Notes under the pieces: model-generated
The model's input: only the letters and a program-made list of their open reading frames with translations
The model's database searches: none
What the model was told of the DNA's origin: nothing
NCBI RefSeq assembly: GCF_001194135.2
Contig: NC_068985.1
Location: 54,451,659-54,515,658 of the forward strand
Source: Octopus bimaculoides
Taxonomy: Eukaryota
Length of the DNA: 64,000 bases
Direction of reading: 5' to 3'
Shown: one piece after another, positions 24,849 through 38,230 of the stretch
Position numbering within the stretch: position 1 is the first letter of the stretch
Layout of the letters: every line of letters begins with the position of its first letter
Position numbers and translations under genes: made by a program

Positions 24849-26649
24849 GTATAATAATCACATTTTTGTTTTGTCTTTTTTGCTTTTCTGTTTTGTGATA
24901 AAGATTAAAGTACTCAGAATGTTAAGGTGGTAGTAGTAGTAGAACATGTTGGTCAGTTCAGGAGTACATTAATTAGGAAGATACTGCAGGAGTAGAGTAG
25001 TTAAGATATTGGAGTACTGACAAATAACACTGTGTAACATGACTTTTGTCCTTGGGTAGCGACTGTTATTGTCTATTTGCTTACCCTTAGAAAGTATGAA
25101 AAATGGCGAATATTTGCTTCAAACTTTGCTTTTGTTACATTTATTTAAATCCCAAAGAATCTCTCTCAACATATGGCTATGATGCTCTCCTATTACTCCT
25201 GCTCGTGTTCAGAGATGCACATATTGTCAGCAACTAAGGGACATGCTCAAATGGTTAAGTTCAAGCAACTGACAGGGAAATATGTAGTATTGAGCAGAAT
25301 ATTTGCTGAATCCATATTTCTGCTTCAGCAACTCAATGTTGAATCTATCTGAAATGTAAGGGAAAATAGGTCAGTTTCAAAACATTGATGTGCAGATCAC
25401 AAAAGCAAAGTTTGAAGGGAATAGTAGTCATTTCCTTTGATTTCTAGATAGAAGCAAATAGAAAATAACACTTACTGACCAAAGACAAAAAAAAAATGTT
25501 ACACAGTGTAATTTATGTAGTAGGTTATGTAATCAAAGTACTGAGGTTCTGATAGATAGTTCATTTGAGAAGTACTTTAAATCAAGTTTGCTGAGAATAG
25601 GTCAATGAAAATAGAAACAGAATTTTCATTTACTAGTGTGTAGTAGACTTCTTTACTATATAACTCAGTGATGTATAAACAGTTCAGAAGTGAAATAAAC
25701 TGGTTTGTTGTGAGACTAAAGAAGAGACTAACATCTCAGGTAGAATTCTTCATCAGGGAGTTGTTATCTGTTGATATTGACTGAAAAGCTTGAAAGAGAG
25801 AAAATTAACCCTTCAGCATTTAGATTACTCTGTCAAATGCAATGTTTATTTATTCACATTGTTTTGAATTAATCATGCATTTTCTTGTAGCTATGAGATT
25901 TCAATGATGTGATTGTTAATTTTTAGAATTACATTATTGGGTAGGTGTGAGAGGCTGGATCTGGCCAGTTTGAACATAGAACAGGTAGAATATTTTGGCC
26001 AGATGTGGCTAGGTTAAATGCTTAACTGTTAAGGAGGGAAATGTCGTAAAGAAATGTTACACAGTGGTCAGAGAGGGGAGATAATTAATAAGAATGCTGG
26101 CATATTTAAAAATATAGGAATGAGGTAAAAATGAAGAGAACAGAACACGCCTGTTATTAATGGCTTAGCCAGTCAGTGGCAGAAGGAAAATACCAATTAA
26201 CCTTTTTCAGGGCTGTCAAAGCTGATGGGAGGGAAGGAATAAGTTTCACTCAGACAGGAAGTATAATCTAAATACTTGCAAAAGTGTGGACTTTGCTAAA
26301 GGCACCTTGGGACCAGGTGGGGGTCATTAAATTAGATTAAGTATAACATTTAGAAACTAGATGATGATCAGTAAGAATGTTGCAAATTTGAAAAATTCTG
26401 AATAGTGGAAATTAGAGTCAGATGAAGGGAGGAATAAAGTGTATTTTAGTAGTTGCCAAAGTGCAAATATGTCAAAGAGGAGAAGGTTAACTAGAAGAAT
26501 GATAGGTATTCATTAATGTCTGCAAGTAAGAAAGTACCTAGAATAAAAACAAGGTTATTTTCTCTATGCTTGTAGGTGTAGGATGAACCCTTGTGTAAAG
26601 TGACTCTGCAGACTGAGAAGCTAAGGACTGGCTTGGTAAAGTTTCACTG

Positions 26650-27300
26650 GTCCAAAGAGTGGCTTGGTGAACTTTTACTTTCTTTCTTCTGATCCTCAAA
26701 TTGCTTCTATATTTCTCTGTTCTCTTTCTTTGAAAACAGACTAAAATCAGAGCAATCTGTTGGTCAGAAACTTCCTTCCCCCTCAGCAAATCCTGACATC
26801 TCGCAATGCTTCAGATTTTTATTCTACAATTTTTCCTTTATCTCCAGTAATACATTCATAACTGGCCTCTAAACCCAATCGCAAATCATCAACCAGAGTG
26901 ACTATACCTCTACCAACGTTATTTACTACCTCACCAGTAAACTGACTATCATCTAGCTGATCACTTCTGCAAGCACTTCTTCAGTGTTCACAATAGCATC
27001 CAATCATTCTGTAAAACTTTAGCTAGACATGCCACTCCTTGTCTAAATCCAACATGCCATTCCTTGGATCACCTCTCAGCTTGTGGAGTAACCTCTCAAT
27101 ATATCTGTAATCACTAAGAAAATTACTTCATCTCTCCTTCAGAAACTTCCTTACTTGTAGGCATTAATGAATTCATCTCATTCTCCCGATCAACCTCTTT
27201 TCCTTTAACATGGTAGTGTTTGTCAACTTTTGTTGAATTATTTTCTTTCTCTTCTTCCATCCTTAACTCATTCTTCTCCCTCACTTCTTCCTGGACTCTT
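26650..27300 (-). pseudogene. Highly degenerate LINE AP-endonuclease fragment (RTE-like)
   Basis: EALRDVRI..LRGKEVSDQQIAL resembles the EN C-terminal RDVRVLRG..SDH motif; many stops and frameshifts. Confidence 0.45.
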
Positions 27301-29939
27301 GTTGATCATCTAGATGTATTCCCCTTTTTTCATTTTTGTCCCTTCCCTCCACTCACCTCATGCTTTTCAAATTTGCCAATATTCTTGTTGATTATCAACC
27401 CATTCTGACTGATCAAAACAGAGAAATTATCTCAGCTGTTCTGGCAGTGGGCAGTTTTATTGATTATCACCCCTATCAATACACATTTCATCTCCTAAAC
27501 TTCCCCACTCCTTTATTCTTCACTATTTTTTTATTATTATCTCTATTTCTCACAACTCCCATTCTATTCATTCTGTATCATCAGATAACCTATTTCTCCA
27601 ACATATTGTTCTACCTGTTAGATTTGTCTTCCTTCCCCACATTAAATCAAATTATTCCACTTCTTAGCTGTATATATTTACTGATTCTTAATGCAGACCA
27701 TTGCTAATTTCTTCAGATCCTACTTTTTATTTTCTTAGTAATTACCTTACTGACTCCTAAATCTTGTTAATATCATTTGCAAGGGCTACTAAAATTCATT
27801 TGCTTTAACCCTTCAGCATTCAGATTACTCTGTCAAGTGATACTTATTTACTAACATTGTTTTAAATTAAAATAACATTATCTTGAAGCTTCAAGATTTC
27901 AATAATATGATTGTTTATATTTAAAACAACATTGTAGGTAATTCTGAGAGGTCAGATCTGGTTGATTTGAACTTAAAACAGGTAGAATATTTGGGCTGGA
28001 TATGGCCTGTTTAAATGCTAAAAGGTTGATCACTTTGGAACCAGTAATGTCACATGTCTGTCATTTTTGGCAATGCAACTTAGGCAGCAATATTAATCAC
28101 CAGTTAGTACATATAATTATCTCATTTGATGGTATCTCCTCAAAGTCTTAATGTCCTTTGTGCTGTCCCCTGCTATTTTTTGATGGAAAGAGGAGTAGCA
28201 CGTACCTTAGTCTTTGGTCTGAATATTCAAACTGAAGCTACAGTTTACTTCTACAGAGGAATTCATTGTTAGTTAAGCTGATGCTGATGGCCTTAGCCAG
28301 AATAAGCTTCATTGAGTGGGCTTTGCAGTTACTAAAGAGCTTCACTTATTAGGTCTCCTGGGTCAAAGGAAAGACAATGCCAATACATCTAAGAGACAAC
28401 ATGAGTCAATAAAACACATACCAGAAAACTACAGATGACTTGTCTTAATTGCATAATCCAGCTCCTGTTAATTGCATAACTTTCCAAACCACTGAACCAT
28501 TTACCATCAAATCTATGTGGAATTTATCAGTTAATTGCATTAAAAAAATTACATTAGTTTGTGTTAATTGCATACGATTCTATTTGTGATTATGAATTGA
28601 ATGTTGGTTAAATATAGCATAAAATTAAACATTGATTTGATATGAATAAAATGATTCTGGAAGCTTCTATTTTCACAATTAGCTAATATAAAAGTCAGTC
28701 AGTACTTCGTGTTTACAAACAACCAGTGTTAAAGGAGTTACAAATATTCAAAATATTCTTATCATTTTAATGAAATATAGACTATCAAACTTCAGATTCC
28801 AGTGTAATTTTTATCTCTGTGATTGCAGATAGAGGGTGTTATGTATAATAAAATCCTTGACTAAATAAATCGTTTCTAGATAAGCTTTACAGAAAGATAA
28901 TTTAGAATGAAGCAGTGAATGGATACGGTTTTGTTGTTTACACTACTGACCATATTAACTTGTGATTAAACCTAATCAATAATTTTTTTTCAAATTTTTA
29001 TCACCTTAATTGTTGACATGGAATAATAAAAACTATGTAATCTCATTATTGTCATAGTGTAAATCTGGCAAGAATTGATAATTGAAGAAGAATATCAATT
29101 AACATTGTGGAAGATGTAAAAAGTATGTAATCAATATTGTCATCTAATCTGGCTTGAACTGAAGTGATAAAAAAGATGGAATCATTATTGTTGGCTAGTA
29201 TAAATTTGACTAGAATTGGTAATTGAAGAATATCAAAGAACATGAGTAAATTATGTTTAATCCTTTAGTGTTTAATCCGTCCATATCTGGCCCAAATATT
29301 CCACCAGTTTTATGTTCAAACTGTCCAGATCCAGCCTCTCGTGCCGCCCTAGAATATTATTCTAAAAATATACAATCACATCATCGTAATCTCAAAGCTA
29401 CAAGGTAATGCATGATTAATTCAAAACAATGTAAATAAATAAGCATTACATTTGACAATAATTTGAATGTTAAAGGGTTAAACCATTAAGATGTAAAACA
29501 TAATGGAAGTAAAAAAGAGATACATTTGGTGCTTTATTATAGAACCCATACATGTGTAACAAAACCATAAAATTTTGTACTTCATTTCTACTTACAATGT
29601 AAATTCAGTTAATTGCATGAGAATTTCAATCATGGAGGTTGTGCAGTTGAGTGGAATCAACTTTACTATTTAGTCTATGAGTTGATTAATTACTCTCCAC
29701 AAAAATAATTTAGCTTGATGTATAATGAAAAAAAAACTAATATTGCTGACAAGAGTATCAGCCACTTTGAGACGTGATGAATCAAGATATAGTTAGAGTG
29801 TATATTTTGTTTGTAATACATAATACTCTGAGAGAGTCTTTTATTAGTCTCTTACTTTTGATATAATCATTTAACCTTTGTTGATCTCTCTTTGTCTCTA
29901 TCTCTATCTTGTTTTATCTCTCTCTCTCTTTCTTTCCAG

Positions 29940-30075
29940 TGGTCATATAGCGGAACGTGTCAATCTTCGGTACTTTCTATCCTGTGGTATGTTACTCAGT
30001 GGTATTTTAACAGCTGCCTTTGGATTTGGTTATTTCTTCAACATCCATTCTTTAACTTACTATATTTTTGTTCAG
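29940..30075 (+). CDS. SLC37A2: SLC37A2-like exon (SGHIAERVNLRYFLSCGMLLSG...YYIFVQ), phase 2 to 0
   Basis: Polypyrimidine tract plus cAG / GTAGGT; contained in ORF-track entry 29878..30108. Confidence 0.97.
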
Positions 30076-32046
30076 GTAGGTCTTCAGTTATGTTTCCTCT
30101 TTCTTTGAGCATGAGCCAAGTTCATGGTAAATATCTCAGGAATATAGTTAACATTACACAAGATTAAAGGCACAGGAAATAGGTAAGATGGTGGATGGAT
30201 AAAACTATTCTAGTAGTTTGTTACAGATCTCTATTTAACTCTTGCTTGAGTGAAATTTACTTTTCATTCTTCTACAGTTAACATTAAAGCTTTATGGATA
30301 AGCTATTATTAACTAAAACCTGAAAGGTTTTCATTTTCATTAGTGACTTTGCCATTGTACTCTTAAACTAGATGCACTTTGGGTAGTTAATATTAGAAGA
30401 GACATTCTTATATAATTTTCCTCCTGCTCATCATCATCATTGTTTTAACATTCACTTTTTCATGCTTGCATGAGTCAGAAAGAATTCAACCAGATGCTCT
30501 TCCTTTCACCAACTTCACCTGTTTCCAAACTAGTTAACACTTCCCAATAGCCTGACATGTTTCTCATGAAAAATTATAAATGTAATGTAAGCCATCATGC
30601 AGTGTCAAGACAAAGCATCTGGACGTTCACACACATCACACATATACGTACATGTGTACACAATGAGCTTCTTTCAGTTTCTGTCAACCAAATCCACTCA
30701 CAAGGCTTTGGTTAGTTCAGGGCTATAATAGAAGACACTTGCCCAATGTGTTACACAGTGGGACTGAACCCCAAACCACATGACTGGGAAGCAAGCTTCT
30801 TAATCATACAGCCATGCCTATACCTATTATCACAGATTATTTTCTTTTTTTTTTTTTCTGGTTTTGCCAGAGGAAGAAAGACTTTCCTGGACTTCTGATA
30901 CTGTTAGGACTTCATATCAGACACCTGGCTTGAATGCTTGCAACAGAATGAATTCTTCTTAAGGTATCCAAGGGCCAAATGGTAACATTAAGAGGATGGA
31001 CTATTGGTGCCACCCAGGAACAAGAACAGTCCTTCCAGTGGCATTCCACAATATCTATATTGATCAGTCCAAAGCTGTGGTAGAAGACATTTACACAAGA
31101 CATTGTCACAGTGTGATAGATATTGAAACCATATTCTTGTGAAGCAAACTTTCATCTTTCCCATCTACCCATCTTTCATTCCTCATCTCCTAGCATAAAG
31201 GTATCCCCTTGGGGTTCATAGTCTTGCAAACTGCATGATTGCCTCACTAGTGATGGTGTCATGAAAAAAGCACCCAACCCATGTTGTAAAGTGGTTGGTA
31301 TTAGGAAGGGCATCCAGCCACAGAAACCATGCCTAAGCAGTCACTGGAGTACAATACATTAGATCCTATCAAATTGTTCAACCCACACCAGCATGTCACA
31401 TGGATATTAAATGATGATGATGGTGTTAGGAAGGGCATCCAGCTGTAGAAACTTTGCCAAATTAGATTGGAGCCTGGTGTAGCTACCTGGTCCACCAGTC
31501 CTCAATCAAATCGTCCAACTCATGCTAGCATGGAAAGCAGACGTTAAACGATGATGATGATGATATACACACACATCTATCTCATCCCATCTCTTCCTCT
31601 CTCTTGATATATGTATGTGTTTGTGTGTGTATATATATATTCGCAGGCATGGCTGTCTAGTAAGAAGCTTGCTTCCTAACCACATGGTTCCAGGTTCAGA
31701 CCCACTGCATGGAACCTTGGGCAGGTGTCTTCTACTATAGTCTTGAACCAATCAATACTTGTAGGTGGATTCAGTAGATGGAAACTGAAAGAAACCCATT
31801 GTATATGTGTGTGTGTGTCTTTGTGTCTGTGTTGTCCCTCACCACCGCTTGACAACCAGTGTTGATGTGTTTACATTCCCATAACTTAGCAGTTCATCAA
31901 AAGAGACCAATAGAATAAGTGCCAGGCTTTAAAAAAATAAATCAAGACTGGGGTCAATTCATTCAACTAAAAATTTTTCATGGCAGTCCCCCAGCATGGC
32001 AGCAGTCTAATGACTGAAACAAATTTAAAAAAAAGAAAAACGGAAT

Positions 32047-32092
<46 letters not shown>

Positions 32093-32102
32093 TACATGCA
32101 TA

Positions 32103-32316
32103 CAGGGTGAGCCAAAAATCACACACCAATACATATGGCATTTTATTTATATTATGTTGATTATTATTATTCATTTTGTTCATTATGTGCTAGTACATGT
32201 GTATTCACCATTATTTTATTTATTTATTTTCTTCAATTTTAGAAAAATTGAAGCATGTCTTTGACAATTACAGAGCATATTAAACTTATTTGGTGCATGA
32301 CATTTGGCTCATTCTG
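32103..32316. mobile_element. Tc1/mariner-type MITE
   Basis: TA-CAGGGTGAGCCAAAAATCACACACCAAT ... ATTTGGTGCATGACATTTGGCTCATTCTG; imperfect TIRs. Confidence 0.6.
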
Positions 32317-32472
32317 TGTGTATGTGTGTGTACTTAGTATATATCTATGGATTTCGACAAACACTGTATATAGTTTTAGAAGATAGGTAGCAAAATAATT
32401 TAAAAAACTTAAGTCCCATTTCATATGATAAAATTATAATTTCTTACTAATAACTTTTCTCTCACTTTTCAG

Positions 32473-32549
32473 ATATTCTGTGGTTTATTTCAAGCAACAG
32501 GATGGCCCAGTGTTGTGACTTACATGGGGAATTGGTTTGGTAAAGGGAA
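32473..32549 (+). CDS. SLC37A2: SLC37A2-like exon (IFCGLFQATGWPSVVTYMGNWFGKG), phase 0 to 2
   Basis: cttttcAG / GTAAGT; conserved GWPSVV and GNWFGKG. Confidence 0.97.
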
Positions 32550-35044
32550 GTAAGTAGAATCAAAAATCGTTCATAAATCATGTTAATAAGAGACCAACAG
32601 CAACTTGTTTCTACTTTGACTATCATAAGACTTTCATCACTAACATCTCAGTTTCAGATTTTGACAAAACGCCAGCAATTTCAGGGGTCGGGGATAGTCA
32701 ATTACACTAACCTCAGTGTTCAACTGGTACTTATTTTATCAACCCCCAAAAGGATGAATGGCAAAATCAACCTCAGCAGAATTTGAACTCAGAATGTTAA
32801 AGACAGATGAAATGCTGAAAGCATTTTGCCTGGTGTGCTAACAATTCTACCAGCTCGCCATCCTAACTTCGTCATTAATATCAATACTGATTTGGTATTA
32901 TTAACATTAATAAAGTATTGATGCATTAATATCAATATTTTATTATGTAAATGTTGCTGAACGAGAAGTGTCCGACAAAGACTTGTTTTTGCTTTGATTA
33001 TCATATGACCTTCTTCACTAATATCAATAATATCAATACTTAGCATCCCAATCATTATTTTATTGATTTCATTATAACCAGTAACTTCATTTGAGTATAA
33101 AATGTGAACATTTATCCTGTTTTGTAAACCTGTATTTTATATGCTTAAATGAAGCCAACAGAATTATAAAAAGTTGTTGATTAGCCCCACATCAGCCCTG
33201 ATCCAGTTGACCTATTATCTGGCCAGCTGTCTTTTTGTCTAAGACTACATTGTCTAACATACACTCTTATTTAACACGGTAAGGTGTAAATTTCAAGTAG
33301 ATTTGGCTGTTATGTCTAGTAAGTCAAGCAAACATGACTGCATCCTTATGCAAGTAAGAAATTCACTTCCCACTGCACTGCACTTTAGGTAAGAATCTTC
33401 TGCCATAGCCCTGTGCTTCCCAAAACTTTGGGAGTGGATTTGATAGAGAGTAACTGAAAGAAGCTTGTCTTCATATGTATACATGTGTGTGTAAAAGAGA
33501 GAGAGAGAGAAGTGTTTACATATTCTTTGAATGCACAAGCTACAAGCAGTGACACTGTTGTCATTTCAGCTGTCAAAAAAACATCATACACACTTCAGAG
33601 ATGTGCAAAATAAAAGATCCCTTACTTGGAAAACAAATCAGGTTAGCAACAGGAAGGGCATCCAGCTATAAAACTTTGCCTATTTATATATTTGTCTAAC
33701 CCATGCTAGCATGGAATAATGAATGTAAAATGAGTGAAACTCCCTCAGTTTGAGGTAATATTTATCCCCACGTAAACGTGGATGTTCTGTTAGAACAAAA
33801 TATACTGCAGTAGTTACCATGAGAGAAACTCTCATATTAGCTTTTGGCACCATGAGATATTCACCATGAGTTTGAGTTTTTACATAATTGCTAAGCTTAC
33901 TCAGAGTAACAGCCAAATCTTCAAAAACACCCTATCATCTTCAGCATGAAGATTGCATGATATAATTTGAATATGTCTGACTTAAAGACATGATGATTAC
34001 TGCTAGAACACTGATTAAATAATAAAGACAGTCCAAATTGATGTCTCATATCTGCATATCTAAGGTGATGCACTTGGTGCAGTGTTCTCATCATTCAATA
34101 GACAATTTCCCTATTTTTGATACTCTGGAGTTAATCACTGGCAATCTAGATGTTGGCAAATGTTTGGATCAGTATCTATTTGTCATGGTTTAAATAGTTA
34201 TTGACATTCAAGTCTATCCCTCCCTTTTTCTCAACCCACTTGCTAATTTATTCCCTCTCCCCTGTTTTCCTCATCCTCTCCTGTTCATTCCTCTGCCTAG
34301 AATCATTGCACATTCCCTCTTCTATTCTCCCTCTCAGCTTTGGGACCACTTTAGGCCCTTAACCTTACATATTACTAGGCAGTCATCACTGGTGCTGGTG
34401 CCACAATAAAAAAAAATACCCATTACACTCTGCAAAGTGGTTGGTAACAGGAATGGCATAATGCTGTCACCCAACTCATCAGTCCTTGTTAAACTGTCCA
34501 ACCTATGACAGCACAAAAGACTTGCATAAAATGAAAATGATGATGATTCAAGTGTTTGCATTGATGTTGGGAGCAATTGGTTGACTTTTACTTTCTCTTT
34601 CAGAGAACACTTTAAACATTAATAGCATCAATCTAGGAGGGCCTGAAAAAACTCATGAGCAGTTTCTTCCCCCAGACCTAAGTTAAAGCAAAAAAAGTTA
34701 AAAAAAAAGAAGAAAAAAAACAATAGTAGAAAATTTGGGTAATCTTTCCACTTTCTTCACATACTTTAGATCTTGTACTAAACCATTCACCCAATTCCTC
34801 TCACCCAGAACTGTGACACTTTACAACTCATTTCCAGCCCATCTTTTCACCTCAAGTAAAAGAGCCAACCATCATCAATGAATGATGAGGCTTGACAAAA
34901 TATACCATGCTTTTGTTTTAGGTGCATATGTAATCACAAGCTGTCATAGGCACCTTCTCATTCTCCCACCCTTTGATTCACAGGCACATCTAGGACATGA
35001 CAGTCAGGGTGGAGGGAGGGGAGAAAGAGGAGTACATCAATATT

Positions 35045-35460
35045 ACTTTGCTTCTGTTTGCTTCATGCTCTTGCTTGATGGAGCTGAGGTGATCCCAGAG
35101 ACATCATCATGTGTAGAGCTGACCAGGTCTACCAGTGCTTTCCATTGCTGGTGGTCCAGTGCTAGACCCTCTGCATCCTCCAAGACGACATCAAGCCTTC
35201 GGAGATCTTCCCCAGTCATGTTCAGCTGCATCTACAATGGATTGACACTCTCCATTCTTCTCTATGGAGCAGAAATGTGGCCCCTCTCGAAGACCTTGGC
35301 AAAAGGATTGCCAACTTCAATAGCTGAGCCCTGAGAACTATCAAGGACATTAGTTGGTACCATCTCATTTCCAACAAACAACTGTGTGTGTGCACACATC
35401 AGACCACAGCCTCCTACCTTATAGCTGTCCATCTCCTGCTAGATATCATCCTACCAGGGC
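35045..35460. mobile_element. RTE-clade LINE remnant with a 5' inversion
   Basis: 35045-35228 minus: MTGEDLRRLDVVLEDAEGLALDHQQWKALVDLVSSTH. 35229-35460 plus: IYNGLTLSILLYGAEMWPLSKTLAK (upstream RT C-terminal part). Confidence 0.7.
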
Positions 35461-36025
35461 TTTACTTACATTTGACATCAGCATTAGCCTGGTACTAATT
35501 CTTAACTAAATAGACTGGAGCAGTGTGAAATGAAGAGCCTTGCTCAATGACACTATGTACATTTTTTCCTTTTTTTATGGCTGGGTTCCACGTTGGGCCA
35601 CAGCAACAAAGTTCCCCCGCCACACCTCTTGGTCCAACATCACTGCCTCAAGTTCCTGGATACATTCCAAGCCAGTGTCTATGGTCAAGGTTGTCAATGT
35701 AGGTGTAATGATGTTTTCCTTTTCTTACATCAACGAGAAGTGGGTTCCAGAAGACTAATTTAGATACTTCCAGTTTAGAGTGGTGCATGCAGTCACCAGA
35801 TAGTTGCAGCCCTCTTTGCTTTTTTTGTCTCACTAACTTTTGGCTGGTGTCTGTAAAGGCATTCATTTGTCATATGTTGCTGCCATTTCACATTATGATT
35901 GTAAAAAAAACTACTGTGCTACAGAAGGTTGAGAACTACTGTACTTCTTTAATGGAGATTCAATAAAGATCATAACTAATTTATTATCAAATGTGTAATT
36001 TCTGTTTTTTGTTTTTTAATTTCAG

Positions 36026-36192
36026 CCGTGGATTGATAATGGGAATATGGAATTCTCATACATCAGTAGGAAACATTCTTGGTTCTGTTATAGCTGGAGA
36101 ATTTGTTGAAACAAATTGGGGATGGTCTTTCGTTGCTCCTGGAATAATTATTGGAGCCATGGGTATTTTTGCCTTTCTATTTATGATTCACA
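36026..36192 (+). CDS. SLC37A2: SLC37A2-like exon (NRGLIMGIWNSHTSVGNILG...FLFMIH), phase 2 to 1
   Basis: tttcAG / GTAAGT; GlpT-family RGxxxxxWNxH signature; ORF-track entry 35991..36200. Confidence 0.97.
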
Positions 36193-36954
36193 GTAAGTAA
36201 AGTTTGATAAAACATTCTTAATTAACTTTGTCAATCATATATGTTTGACAGGTACACATAATTAAATCAATTATGTTTTCAAATTTTAGAGTGCCAGCAT
36301 GAGCAGTGTGATTAAGAAGTTCACTTTGCAACCATGTGATTTCAGGTTCAGTTCCACTGCTTGGCACCTTATATTATCTTACATGGTAACAAGTGACAGG
36401 AAGAGGATCCAGTCATAGAAAATCAACCTCAGGGAATTCATCTGACTCCTGCAATCATGGCAGAGTCAAGAAGCGCTGATCTCTAATTATGGAGTGAGCA
36501 TGTGGGAAGGGTAGACTTGAGAAGACATATCAAGCTAAGTAAAATCATGGCTGTCCATGCATACAGACATATGCTCTCCATCCCTCTCTCAGCCAAGAGA
36601 CCCTTGCCTTGTGGGCTTGTGGGTCTTGGTGTCATGTAAAAGCACCCATGACAGTGCCATGTAAAAGCACCCATGCCTGTGCCATATAAAAAAAGCACCA
36701 ATGCTGATGCCATGTAAAAAGCACCCATATCAGTGCCGTGTAAATGCAGGAGCACTACGACTCAGCAAGTAAAAACTCAGTAAGTAACATTTCAACAAGT
36801 GCCTCAACTTAGCAAGCACTAACATTCACACATACATACATCTATATATACACACACGTGCACGCATACACACACACACATATACACACACATATATACA
36901 TATACACACACATATATATATATATATATGCAGACACACACACACATATATATA

Positions 36955-37165
36955 CTGGGTGGCCCAAAAGTAGGTTTACAGTTATCACATAGGCACTTTA
37001 AATTTCTTTTAAAACATTTCATTGCATTTAAATTTCTATCTTGCAGTTAACTAAATTAGCATAGAATAATAGTTTCAAATTTTTTTATAATTAAGATCTA
37101 AACTGCTAATATATGAATGCGAAAGAGATAGTTGAATAACTGTAAACCTACTTTGGGCCACCCTG
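36955..37165. mobile_element. Tc1/mariner-type MITE, 211 bp
   Basis: TA-CTGGGTGGCCCAAAAGTAGGTTTACAGTTAT ... ATAACTGTAAACCTACTTTGGGCCACCCTG-TA; near-perfect ~30-bp TIRs. Confidence 0.9.
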
Positions 37166-37560
37166 TATACACATACACACTCACTTAGTTCGTACTTGTT
37201 ATGTTAGTACTTGCAGCACTTGCTGAAATGTTACTGGTTGAGTTTTTACTTGCTGAGTTAGGGCGTAATCTGTAAATGCACTCATGCCAGTGCCACATTT
37301 AATGCACCTAGTACCTGCTGTAAAGTGGTTGGTGTTACAAAAGACATCCAGCTGTAAAAACCATGCCAAAACAGACAAATGGTGCTGGCATGACAGCATG
37401 GAGAATGTACATTAAATGATGAGGAATATCAAGTTATTAGGGAGTAAGAACTTTGAAATCAGTATCCTTGTTTTGTGAGTTTAAAAATGCAGTTTATTTT
37501 CAGACAATTACCATTTTGTGAAATTTGATAATATTTTCTAATTGTGAAATATCATTTTAG

Positions 37561-37601
37561 AACCTGAATATGTTCAGTGTACTCCTCCAGAACATGCAGA
37601 G
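37561..37601 (+). CDS. SLC37A2: SLC37A2-like exon (KPEYVQCTPPEHAE), phase 1 to 0
   Basis: cattttAG / GTAACT; resembles the vertebrate HPEDVDCAPPQH at the start of the central loop; phase fits. Confidence 0.9.
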
Positions 37602-38230
37602 GTAACTCAATTTCTTTACTAATTTTCCATTTTAATTATCTTAATGTTATTTTCATTGATTTTTTACATTCCCTTCATTCTCTACTTAGCATCTGTGTGT
37701 GTGTGTGTGTGTGTACAATTTACAGTCAACAGGGAAGCATGTATGTGGTTACTCAAATCACATTACTGTGTTAAAAAAGAAAGGGCACATTCAGTAATGT
37801 ACTCCTAAGTATACTATGTCTGGAAAAGATGATGTCATACACAATACAGTAGTAAGGGTGCTTATACACAATATGCTGAGGACAGTTCATTCGTTTTTAC
37901 AATTTTTTTTTTTTCATGCTAGCATAGTTTAGACAAATATGTTACAGCAAGATACCCCTCCTGATGCTAACCCTTACCTGTTTTGCAGGGGATCTCTTAG
38001 TCTACACAGCTATAAAGGTACAAAGTGAGCAGGCAATTTATTGGCAGGAGAAATGCCAACAAGTGCAACTCATGAATATCATGACTCTAGTATAAATGAG
38101 TGCAAATGTAAACACATACACACAAACATTGTTGTGCATCTTGGATTTTCAGAACAACATGGGGATTTACCCTAACCTTGACTACAGTCATTCTTGTTAG
38201 CTATGTACTTGGCGATATATATATATATAT

